Part shown: one piece after another, positions 41,141 through 52,172 of the stretch | How positions within the stretch are numbered: position 1 is the first letter of the stretch | Layout of the letters: the number at the start of each line of letters is the position of its first letter | Assembly: GCF_026571515.1 (NCBI RefSeq) | Contig: NW_026865372.1 | Location: forward strand, 1 to 64,000 | DNA: 64,000 bases | Direction of reading: 5' to 3' | From: Ruditapes philippinarum | Lineage: Eukaryota | Program-made: the position numbers and the translations under genes | Notes under the pieces: generated by a model | Told to the model about the DNA's origin: nothing | Seen by the model: only the letters and a program-made list of their open reading frames with translations | Databases searched by the model: none

Positions 41141-41684
41141 GGTGTCAAGTGCCGTGTGGCAGCTGTAAAAAGTTGCCCCGTACTTCACTTCAGTGTTGTT
41201 ATATTTTCTGGTCCTTCGGGATCATTGATGCCAACACTATAAAGTGTTGAGAATTGAGTACCGCTCAAGCCGGTGCTAGGGGGCGTGAGGGATGTTGCAC
41301 TTATTCATTATCCCTCATGTACAGACTCAATCAAACCGAGTCTGCAATTCTTATGTTATTTTGTTGTGATTAATGCTTCGAGGGATCACTTTGTTTCCAG
41401 AATTTTGTACTTCACAACAGCAGGTGTCAAGTGCCGTGTGGCAGCTGTAAAAAGTTGCCCCGTACTTCACTTCAGTGTTGTTATATTTTCTGGTCCTTCG
41501 GGATCATTGATGCCAACACTATAAAGTGTTGAGAATTGAGTACCGCTCAAAGCCGGTGCTAGGGGGCGTGAGGGATGTTGCACTTATTCATTATCCTCAT
41601 GTACAGACTCAATCAAACCGAGTCTGCAATTCTTATGTTATTTTGTTGTGATTAATGCTTCCGAGGGATCACTTTGTTTCCAGA
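41141..41684 (+). repeat. Structured dispersed element, subfamily A: two head-to-tail full copies (41141-41401, 41423-41684)
   Basis: 282-bp period; the copies differ only by a few single-base indels. Confidence 0.9.
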
Positions 41685-42955
41685 ATTTCATTATTATATG
41701 ACTTAATGTCTCTGTTATTTTATACACATGAAAAATGTACGTAAACAGAATAAAATGTTACGGAACAAAATATGATTTGGCTATTATAAATAGGGTTTTT
41801 ATCCGTTTAACAATGATTTTGTGCACGCGCCATTCGCTTTTAAGGCAATAAATTACCATATTTATTTCATACAATCATTTTTGAATTATACTTTTGAAAA
41901 TTCAAACAATTATTTTTGTATCAAATATATAGCTTTATACACTTTAAGGATTCATTGTTATTTCCGTACAAAACACGTAAAAAGAATTCACGTTCATGAA
42001 AAGTGACAATCTAAAATTATGTATAGTGAGTGGACAAGTGAAAGTCGAAATCAGTGTAAGTTTTTAACTTATTTCTTTTAATTTCAATAATTTACTGCTA
42101 CTGAACAATATATAACTCATGCTGCCCAAAGTAATTTCTGTAAATATCTGGTCAAAATTTACCAGTAACATTCAACTGTTAAAAAGGCTGGGGCAGTCTT
42201 TTTATATTTTAGGCAGATTTATATTTTATCCTAAACATTTTCCATTATCAACTGTTGGTCAATCACCTATACAGCAGTCAATCTTCTGCAATAAATAGTC
42301 ATTTCAGCTCAAATTATTGAAGAAAAAAAACCCTACTTTTAAATTCACTTTAAATTCATTTTTATCAGCTTGTAAACATTATAAACAGGACAACATACCG
42401 AAAGCAGATGAAACGTATTGTTATATAATATCATATACAGAAAGAATTTCATTAGACTCCTGGGAATAGAAAATGCTTGTAAATTTTATGCCACACCATA
42501 AATGTGACACAATAATCTCTATGTATAAAGTCCCTTAGGAAATGAATGATGCACTTAATCATATTTAGAGAGTGTACTTCCTGATATATAACCAATAAGT
42601 AATGCTATTACAAGATTTCCTCATGACTAATTATTTCACTTTCCACATAATTGCTTTATACCATTGCAAACGTTTTGTATCTATTCTAACAGTCTTGATG
42701 TTAAAAAAACAAGGTATATATCAAAAACTAAATATCATTGTAGAAGAATCAGGAACGAATATCCAATTATAATGAAAACTACTGGTTTTTAAAACATTTC
42801 AAATTACATGCAACATTTTTTTCCATCAAAATAAGATTTTGCCAAATAGTACATATACACTTTCCAGAGCGAGTATTAAGTTGTTATTACAGTAATGTCA
42901 AGAATAATATTATGAAATTATTATTACTTCAGCAGTTTGATATACTACCTCAATA

Positions 42956-43266
42956 TGACTAAAGTTCAGGTTCATTTGTCCATTTTTGTTAGGAAAAAAT
43001 GTTTTAAGTAATTTGAAGAAAATAAACTGGAAATAACTGACCCAATTAAATGAGACAAGATTGTTTTGTCATTTTACCTGCCGGATGTATGGACAACGTT
43101 ATGTTTGTTCTCGAAATCGTGAGAATTACTTACTCACATATTGGTATTCCAGCGTTCAAATTCTGAAACCGCATCGCTTTAGGCTCGCCGATGATTGATT
43201 GTTTGCAAGGCCGCGGGAAGGTGAAAACCTATTGATGGTCGTCAACTCCTTATGCGTAGCGTTTAT
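42956..43266 (+). repeat. Dispersed repeat, homologous to 11502-11996
   Basis: Same ordered blocks as the 11.5-12.0 kb copy. It is not seen in the paralogous 49.9-50.4 kb segment, consistent with a later insertion. Confidence 0.7.
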
Positions 43267-44905
43267 TTGGAAGATTGGGATTCGCGTTTTATAAAAACAA
43301 AAATCCACACAGGTACATATTTTCATATTTTTCCTCAATCGAAGCCAGAAACACTTTCGGTAATGCAAACTTATTATTAATTCATTCTCCTTTCCAAAAA
43401 CAATAAAAAAAATCTGAAATTTTGTCATAAAATAACACCTTTTTTTCAAACAGTTTATTGTGAGAGTTTAATTGCAACGCTACATCCGGGTCCTTACATT
43501 TTTTGTCTAAAGTGCATACAATTCATGTTCTAGACTTTGTTTTTGTAACATTGTATTGCAATTTCAATTCCGTTTACACCACTATGACAAAACATAGTGG
43601 CTGTTTGAAAGGTTATAAGAAGGTCACAACCTTTTTTGTGATCGTTAGATCCCCATGCGTATCATTTAGCAGCTAATTTTAATCAGATTGATACTCACTG
43701 TAGGGGCGATGTGAAACAAATTCGTAAAGAAAACACTTTGATATTTCAAAATTAAAAAACGGGAGTTCTCGGTAGCAATATCAAAAACAAATTAACACGA
43801 AAACTGTAGAATCAGTGTATTAGGGATAATTATAGGGACAATTGAAAGGCGCTTCCTAGTCCCCTCTTAAGAAAACTTCTTTTCCCTTAAATGCAGTCTT
43901 GGCATTTCTTTAAAATGAACATAAATTAGCCATAGTATTCATTTACATGGATACAATCTGAATGATTAATAAAATCTCACCGACTACTTGGAAGAGAAAC
44001 AACAGTAAATTTGCAAGTGACTTACATTTCTCAGTATAATATACATTATTTCAAATCGTCTGGGAATATTGATGATGTTGCTATCGTAAAATCTTCAGAC
44101 ATAAAACTTTTGAATGAAATGTAAGAATTGAATATTGTACATGCTTGCTATGAGAAACCTTGTGTGCTGTAGAATTACACTTCTGAGGATTCACAAACTA
44201 CGCTTTTGAATAAAGAAATGAAATTGTCCATGTAAAGTGTATTCCTTACGAGACAAAACTGGATTGTTTGTAGACATATTGGTTTGAAATGTGCAAACAG
44301 AGTGGTATTTAAGAACTAGGCGAGAAATAAAGGACGTGATGAGGCAAGAAAGGTGTCAATTGTGTACGAAAACTTTACCATAACTGTGTCAACAATGATG
44401 TCGTAGACTTTTCTCTGAGAATATAAGTCTTCTATTAAAAACGTAGAATACCTACCGTTATGGAAAAATGAATTACATTTTTTTTCATGTTTTTTTATGT
44501 AAGGACAGAAACGTATTTACTAGTATATACAATAAAATTTGCTAAATGCATATTTAGACATTTAATAAATAATACTAAAGAGCTGTACTCACATTTCTCA
44601 AACTAATTCAAATAATTATGCTTCTTTTTTAGACACTAAAAAATCCAACCTGGAAAAGAAATGAAAATAAAACTGAAATTTTTTTTTGCAATTTCGGATA
44701 TAACTCTAAAGATATACTAATTAAACAACAACCCTCTTTGGTTTGGTATGATATGTTTCACAAGAACATTCATGTCAAGCTTAATATATGCACTATTCTC
44801 AGGGATGAATTCAACTTCCATTAACAACCAAATAAAAGGTTTCTCAATTTTTATTACAACAAAAATGAACTTTTGTTTTTACATCCCACTAAAACACAGT
44901 ATAGA

Positions 44906-45055
44906 TCAGCTGACGAAGGACCTCAGCAACAAATGGGCACCTGAGTAGAACCTTCGACGTTTCGTAAGCTCGTTGGATAAGCTTTCCAGAGGACACTGGA
45001 GCGCGCCGAGAGACAGGTGGTTTGAAGTCAACGACCTTAACCATTCGGCAACATA
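44906..45055 (-). mobile_element. RUDI-like SINE, internally deleted and diverged
   Basis: Minus strand gttgccgaatggttaaggtcgttgacttcaaaccac...gcttacgaaacgtcgaaggttctactcaggtgccc. Shares gggcacctgagtagaac with the 11.05-kb copy. Confidence 0.7.
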
Positions 45056-46624
45056 AACTGATCGGAAACCGCCATTTATTAAATAATTAGAGCGATGCAA
45101 ATCATACTGAGAATACGAGCCTTATCCTTGCATAATTCTGAATGATGATCTACATGCCTACTCTCTCCTGAAACATCAGAATATAACGCGCTCTTATTAG
45201 AGGATAAAATGTGATATTGTTAACATGTGCATGTAATAAAGTGCAATACTTTGTCTGCAGATAATCTAATTTTCGAAGCATTACAATGCGCCCCTGTTTA
45301 ATAAACATCAATTAACTTCATTTTTCTTACTCAAAATAACATTGAAATACACGAGTTTCTGTCATACTTTAAACGATCTTTGAAAAACGTAAACATCTCA
45401 AAAACATCTTGTTCATTCTATAAATTTTCAATACTAACCACAGAACTAAACAGGCAAAATAATTTTTCCATCTCTTATTTGATAGCAAACAGTAAACTTT
45501 TTTGGTAATTTACACTGTATTTCTGCATTTCATTGTATAAATTAACATAAATAACAATACACCGCTCAAATCAATTTCAGATATATATATATATAAAAAA
45601 AATTATTCAGGCCTAAGTTATACAAAAATGCAATCAATATTGAATTAAATAAATGAAAGTTCCGATAATTTATGAAAACAAAATAAATAGTAAGTCAATG
45701 ACCTTTCATATTGTAATGTATAGCGATCGTTTCAATGCACATAGCCACAAGATTATATTTCAGCGAGACGAAACGTAATTTAGTCGGCAGTGTACTTAGA
45801 ATAACATTGGCGGAGGGAGGAAAACAACAGTTTGGCATATCATTTTCATTATATATATTCTCCAAAGAGTAGTATAGTCTCAAAACATATTATTAAAGTA
45901 CAGAGACTGCAACTTTTTCTGATTGGACAAACCTAGCAGACATTATAGTCTTGAATGTTAAGAGTAAACACAATAAATTGCTCAAAAGTAAATAAATTTT
46001 TTTAAAGAAACCTTTAAGTTAGTTAACATATTGGAATATATTGTTTTCTGTTTCTAAGCTAATCTTTAGAAACACAATTTTAGCATTTTATATTGCGATA
46101 TTAAAATGTCTTTGCTTTCGGTTTTTCCCTTAAACAATGATCGATTATGTTTGAATGGTTAAATATCTTGTTCACATCCGACATCGATCAAGAAACCAGC
46201 TGCTTTTCAATCTCACGTAATATGTGTTTTCCTTTATTCATGCAAAACGTTGATAGTAAAAATCAGTAATGTAACAACTGTGAGATTTTTATTGTTTTAT
46301 TATAATTGTAATTCTATGCTAAATACAAATAGAGATCATTACAAAGTTATTAAATATTCTGAGGGTACCATCTACAATTATGAACTCTTACCTTTGCCAA
46401 ATCAGTTAGAATTTATTTTTTTCTATAACCTTTCATTACATTCGAAACGCCATAAGCAAAGTTTATATAAACAGACAATATGATTAAAGACAAATGAAAA
46501 CATTTAACAACCTTTGAGGCTCCAGAGCTCATATTCAATAAGAATATAACAGCTTTATGAAAAATCATATGTAGTTTTGTGTGGATGTTTCTAAATTCAA
46601 ACTTTTACCATTAACTTTTTGCAT

Positions 46625-46770
46625 TTTGAATACTGTTTAAGCCGCTGCTAGGGACGTGGACAGTAGCTTGTACTTTCCAGTACTGTCCATGAACAGTCTC
46701 AATCAAACCGAACCTGCAGCATTTTCGATTTTGTCGTTAAGGACATTCTTTAGGTATTCTATTTATCTCT
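46625..46770 (+). repeat. Structured dispersed element, subfamily B, truncated copy
   Basis: ttaagccgctgctagggacgtggacagtagcttgtactttccagtactgtccatgaacagtctcaatcaaaccgaacctgc...ttctttaggtattc. Confidence 0.8.
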
Positions 46771-48046
46771 ATCTCATACCTTCAAAGTTTTCAGAGAAAC
46801 CCGACTAGTATCCAGTGCATTGAGACTTTAGAATTGAAATGCCAGATTAAATTTGACGAAATGTACGAGCGGACATTTAAAAAATATTGATTGCGTGTAC
46901 TTTCTATTGTTTCTTTTATTCTTTGCTGGGCAAATTCAGTTTAAAAGCTAATTTTCTAGGAAAATGCAAGTTCACTGCCTCCTGCCCTGCAGTTACAATT
47001 CAATGCTTTCTATGGCGCCACGTGCAAATGAGGCGTATTGAAAAAATTCGTTTTTAAAATAAGAACAATTTGTTTCCATTTCAATGCAATATAAAAGTAG
47101 CAATATGATAATATTCTAACTCAAGCATTTAATATAAACATGTTTTCTTCTCTGTATTGGGTTCACGTTGAAAAAGATATTTTCATGTCCAGTTGAAGAA
47201 AAATTGCCAAACACTCTACTTATCTTTTTTAGATATCATATATTGTATCTTTCATAATAATTATCTTTTTAGATATCGGATATTGTGTCTGTTATAATTG
47301 ATGCCATGTAAGGTTCCATTAAATGTAAAATCAAAGAGGAAAGATCCACAATGGAAAGGGCCGGTCACTTCATGCAATCCCAACAATACCAGCCAGGCAG
47401 GACCACGTGTTAAGTATCCTTAGTGGTAAAGTATAGAATAAGCAGTGGGCAGAAGGGCGGGGCAGTGAGGATTAATATACATGTACTCGTAAAACTGATC
47501 AGCTATTGACATTTTGTCTGTCTTCAATTTAACGCCATTAAAATGCAAAGTTTAACACAAAATCAGGTCAAGACAACGTATGTCAAATAAAACTGAATAA
47601 GCTTCATGGCTTGTGCATAATACTTGAGTGAAATGTGTCGAAGACATGTCTCTGTTAGAATCATTTGAGGCAATTAAAACATTAGATACAGCAATGGGAG
47701 TTAGTGGCACTGGCAAAATGTCCATCATACACGTATTGTAACGAAAATAATTGGCCCTAGCGGGATTTGAATCGTATAAATATCATTTGTATGAATTGGA
47801 ACATATAACACTGATATTGCCCGATAGTTTTTGTTTAAAAATTGTATTCATTATTTTAATCTCTGTTTCTCTTGAGTACTGAGTTTATACTTTCTGTTTA
47901 GAAATGTCAAAGCTATAATAAAATAAACCAGACAGAAACAGATAAATATTCCAACATATTGTTTCGGTTTATAATAAAACAAATGTCTGGGAGTTGTCAT
48001 TTCGAGATTTTGAAGAGAAAAAAGGCTAATCTTTTACCGTAATTGA

Positions 48047-48160
48047 ATACCTCTGGTACACACTTGCAACTGGGTGACAAGAAGCAATGATGGGTAAGTG
48101 TATTGCATATTGAAACAGCAGTATCTCGGAAGGACCTCGTGCTCGACATCTCTCGACTCA
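48047..48160 (-). mobile_element. Degenerate CORE-type SINE remnant
   Basis: Minus strand ctgctgtttcaatatgcaatacacttacccatcattgcttcttgtcacccagttgcaagtgtgtaccag resembles the CORE domain and its following tcacccagg..gtaccag segment. Confidence 0.45.
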
Positions 48161-48386
48161 CAAATAAAAATTACAAATTTGTTTACAATTGATCAAATTT
48201 AGCGGTTTTTATAAGACAATAATACATTGATACTAATATCAAAACCGCAGAAACTTTTTTACTGTAAAGGAAACGGTTCTTTTTAAAAAGGCATGACCTA
48301 TCAAGCTACTTTTAAGCACTGGAATTAATTTTACTAGGATATTTGAAATTATTTATTGGTGTAAAATATTTTTATTCAAAACACTA

Positions 48387-48420
48387 ATTAATGCTTCCGA
48401 GGGATCACACTTTTTCCAGA
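48387..48420 (+). repeat. Structured dispersed element, subfamily A, terminal fragment
   Basis: attaatgcttccgagggatcacactttttccaga matches the end of 41423-41684. Confidence 0.7.
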
Positions 48421-48721
48421 GATTAATATTATACACATATACATGTAGATAATTAACAGGTATTGGACGGAGAGCTGCAATAGATCATGGTTGTCACTCC
48501 TTAAAAATCAGGTTTTACCTATCCCTTTTATATATATTATAACATTTCAGATCACTTATTTCGCCTCTACAAGCAAGAATATTATTGCACATTATTGCAG
48601 ATATTCGTCGGGGTTTTCTTATTCTTAATGATTTTTCTTTAAATGATAGAGATATTTAACAAACAGTTTGACTTGTTCCCTCTCGTCTACAGTAATATGC
48701 ATAATTTGCATAATTTATAAA

Positions 48722-48997
48722 ATAGAGTGAAATAGGAATCCCTAAAGAAAGCCCAACGCGACAAAATTGAAAATGTTGCAGGGCCTGTTCATGGACGGTA
48801 CTGTCAAGTGCAAACTACCGTCCACGCCCCCTAGCATTGGCTTAAGCAGAATTCAACATTTAACATGAACTGGTAAAATTTAGAATTTTGAAACATCCGC
48901 AGATGTGTTTATATGGCGGTTATCATGGAACATTCAATGGACACGTAAGTGCCATTCCATGAAAAGCGGCGTATGGTCCCAAAGTAAAAAAAAATGC
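48722..48997 (-). repeat. Structured dispersed element, subfamily B, truncated copy
   Basis: Highly similar to ~7200-7490, but with the interior of the caggctc/gagcctg hairpin deleted. Confidence 0.85.
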
Positions 48998-49180
48998 GTT
49001 TGGTTTCGGTTTTTGTTTGTATCTAGTCATGTATATGAAAGTATACTTTCTATTTAAATTCTAATTCGTATTTGGCAATGTTCAAAATATAGAGATATCA
49101 GTTGTAGCAGAAAATTCTCCAAATTTCTGTCGGAAAGCAAGATAAAGTAATACATTTTGTACATTGCCTGAAAGATTTAT

Positions 49181-51865
49181 ACAGAATATTGACAGATGTG
49201 TTATTCCAGTGCTTGTTCAAACAGTGTCAATCAATTTGATCTGATTTGATTAGAAAAAGAATTACCAGGATATAAAGCCTAAACACTAATTTGTGCGAAG
49301 TATTTTTCCTCATTTACAAAACTCTTGTCTTTTTTTTCTTTTTGATATGTTTGAGAAACCCTTTAAAACGAAATCAATCAAAAGAACATTTCGGAGATAA
49401 TGTTGGAAATAAATTAAACGTTCAAAGAAAAACATCGAAAGAAGAGTGTTATTTGAATAAGGTCAGGCAATTTATATTTATTTCAAATGAATTTGATCTC
49501 TAAAATGTACATAAGTTATCAGGATTCATAGATATGTATAAAAGTATTCATATTCATTTTAATACATTCTTTTTCTGCTTGTAATACCCTACTGGTTAAA
49601 CAGGAATTAGAAATCACAAGAAGTAGTTCGCCTATAGTAGATGCAACGTAACATTGTTCTGTTATGTCATATAGGGAAAGAATTTCAATACACTTCTGGG
49701 AATATAAAATGCTGGTAAATTTTCTGTCACACCATAAATGTGACACGATAATCTCTGTTTATATTAATTCCCGTAGGATATGAGTGCTGCACTTAATCAC
49801 AGCTACAGACTGTACTTCCTGATATATATCGAATAAGTTATGCTTATTACAAGATATCCTCATGACCATTTATTGCACTCCCACATAATATTAAAGCAAA
49901 TTTTGTGTAACTTTTCAAGGAGCCTAATACTTGATCATGGTTACACAATCCGCCAAATGCTTCTTAAAGATATACTATGCTCGTATTTTAGTAAAATATT
50001 TCTATTGCAGAAATCTGTTGAAATCTAAAATATTCTGACTAATTAGAATAAGGAAATGCACAAACTGTGTATAGGAAGCTTCATTCCCTACTACGGGTCA
50101 AGTTAAGTTGGTCATTTAAAAACTAAATCGCAGCTTTTTTAATGACACTATGTATTCATACTGTATATACCTATAATGTATTGAGTTTAAAAATATATTC
50201 TCTGTGTGTACTCAAAACCTTTAAAAAGACATAAAAAGCAATTGTAGTAACTTAAATACAACATTTGCATTGATAGAATCCTAGTAGAGAGCTTCATATA
50301 AGCTTTAAGCTTTCTACCCAATCCTTGATGCAATTTATGTATTGTAACTTTGTTTGTTAATATTGGTGAAGAAATGAATATTGTTAAAACCCAAATCTTA
50401 GAATTGAAAATATATAATATGAAGTATCTCACATCTAATAATGCTAAATGTAAGTGATTTATATTTCTCAGTATAAACATTTTAAGCATTTGCAAACTTT
50501 AAGCATCATTATTATTTCAAATCTTCTAAGAAAATATCCATGCAGTTGTTGTCATTGAATGTTCATATACAAATAAATCTGTTCATATTGTAAATGTTTG
50601 CTAAGAGTAACCCTTTCTTACTGTAGAAATAATTTGGTAATCTGAGGATTCCAAAAGTGCAATTCAGAATAAGTCAGTGTTACCAAGCAAATACTACTAG
50701 ACAAAACTAGAGTTTTTAGACATATCGGTTTGCAATGTGCAAACAAAGGGTCTATTTAAGACCCAGACGAAAATCATTTATCTTTATTTTTACAAAATTA
50801 TACAAAGAAAACTGTCCGCAATCGTATTCAAATGACTTTGGTAATTCTTTTCAGTTTTTTATTTTAAAAATCCAACCTTTACAAAAAAACAACAACAACA
50901 AAAAAGTAAAGAAAGAAAAAAAGAAAATAAATGTACGCAGACCGCAGAAAAAGATTCATCTGCAATTAACATTTAATATTATTCATCAAAAAAATTTAAT
51001 AAGATTTGTTACAACAAAACGAAATTCTAATAATTAGAGCGTTTTAAATTATACTGGGAATACGATTCGTACTTTTTACAATATTTTCGTTATTCTGAAT
51101 TAATTCCTGAATGATTAACGTAAACATCCGGTTATTCCGCACGCTAATTAGACAATAATAGGTGATACAGTTAGCACATGCATGTGATTTGGTGCAACAC
51201 TTTGTCTGAAGATAATTTAATTTCCTGAGCATAACAATGCGCCGCTGTTCAGTAAACATCAAATTAACTTCATTTTTCTTACTCAAAATAACATCGAAAT
51301 ACACGTGTGTCTGTCATGCTCCAAAAGAGTTTTGAACAATGTGAATATCTCAATTAAATCTCGTGCATTCTTTATGTTTTACATATTAACCTCAGGTATT
51401 GTAACTTGCATGCTAGTTTGGCCATTCCATATTTTACACCAAATTTAAATTCTGTAGATCATTTTAAGTGTATTATACTGTATTGATTAATAAGAAACAA
51501 CACTTCACCAGCCAATAAAATACAACCACAAAAGCAAAACAGCTTACATTCTATATAAATAATTCAATCAATATTGTATAAAACTAAACCAAAGTTGATG
51601 CGATGTGCAGTTCTGATAACATAATAGTGAGTCAATGACCTTTCCCTTTGTACATTATTGGCTAACTGTTAGCAATTTTTTCAAAATGCACCCAGTTACA
51701 ATACTCTATGTTAGCGAAATGTAATTTTGTCGGCAGTGTACTTAGTTTAGATTCGGCAAGGGAGAACTTTAACAACAATTTTGCAAACTACTTTTCATTA
51801 CAAATATTCTCTAAAGGGTTTAGTCTCGTTAAAGCAATAATATTGTAGTACAAAAGACTGTGGCT
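49181..51865 (+). repeat. Old segmental duplication, copy 2 (paralogous to 40705-45915)
   Basis: Same ordered blocks as copy 1, without the intervening insertions. Confidence 0.8.
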
Positions 51866-52009
51866 TTCATTAAGTTTACTTTGTAAAGACATTATTGGCT
51901 AGGACTTGTTTTGTTTGTACGATTTTAAAATTAGCGATGAGATGATCACTAAAAAAATTTGTCAAAAAATAGCCTCGCACGAGGATGAATCCAGAAAAGT
52001 TAGTAGAAA

Positions 52010-52172
52010 GAAGAAGTAGAACAATTTCATAAGATACGTTGTCTTTATTCTCATCCTGTTTTTAAGAATATTTATATTATATATTATATATTATATTTAT
52101 ATTGCTATGAATATATAATAAATTGTAGCATGTATATATATTCTGAGAAATAAATTAAGTTTAAACTAAACC
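52010..52172 (+). mobile_element. 5'-truncated 3' tail of a CR1-group LINE
   Basis: Ends gaaataaattaagtttaaactaaacc, like the tail of the 20.2-24.4 kb LINE (gaaataaaatatgtttaaacc). The preceding cataag...tcctgttt block resembles 24335-24370. Confidence 0.5.

Larger units (their letters stand above)
40705..45915 (+). repeat. Old segmental duplication, copy 1 (paralogous to 49181-51865)
   Basis: Colinear shared blocks: acagaatattgacagatgt, cacaccataaatgtgacac, tgtacttcctgatatata, atttctcagtataa, aatgtgcaaaca, aattaacttcatttttcttactcaaaataacat, agtcaatgacctttc and gtcggcagtgtacttag. Confidence 0.8.

Noticed and set aside
41269-41288. Twister/HDV-like ribozyme or CTCF site suggested by gccggtgctagggggcg
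   Set aside because: Only short word similarity; I could not assemble the twister or HDV pseudoknot topologies, and the CTCF match is partial.
46685-46720. SECIS element (ATGA...AAA hairpin)
   Set aside because: There is no 3' GA quartet partner, ATGA is not conserved among copies, and the hairpin is part of a dispersed repeat.
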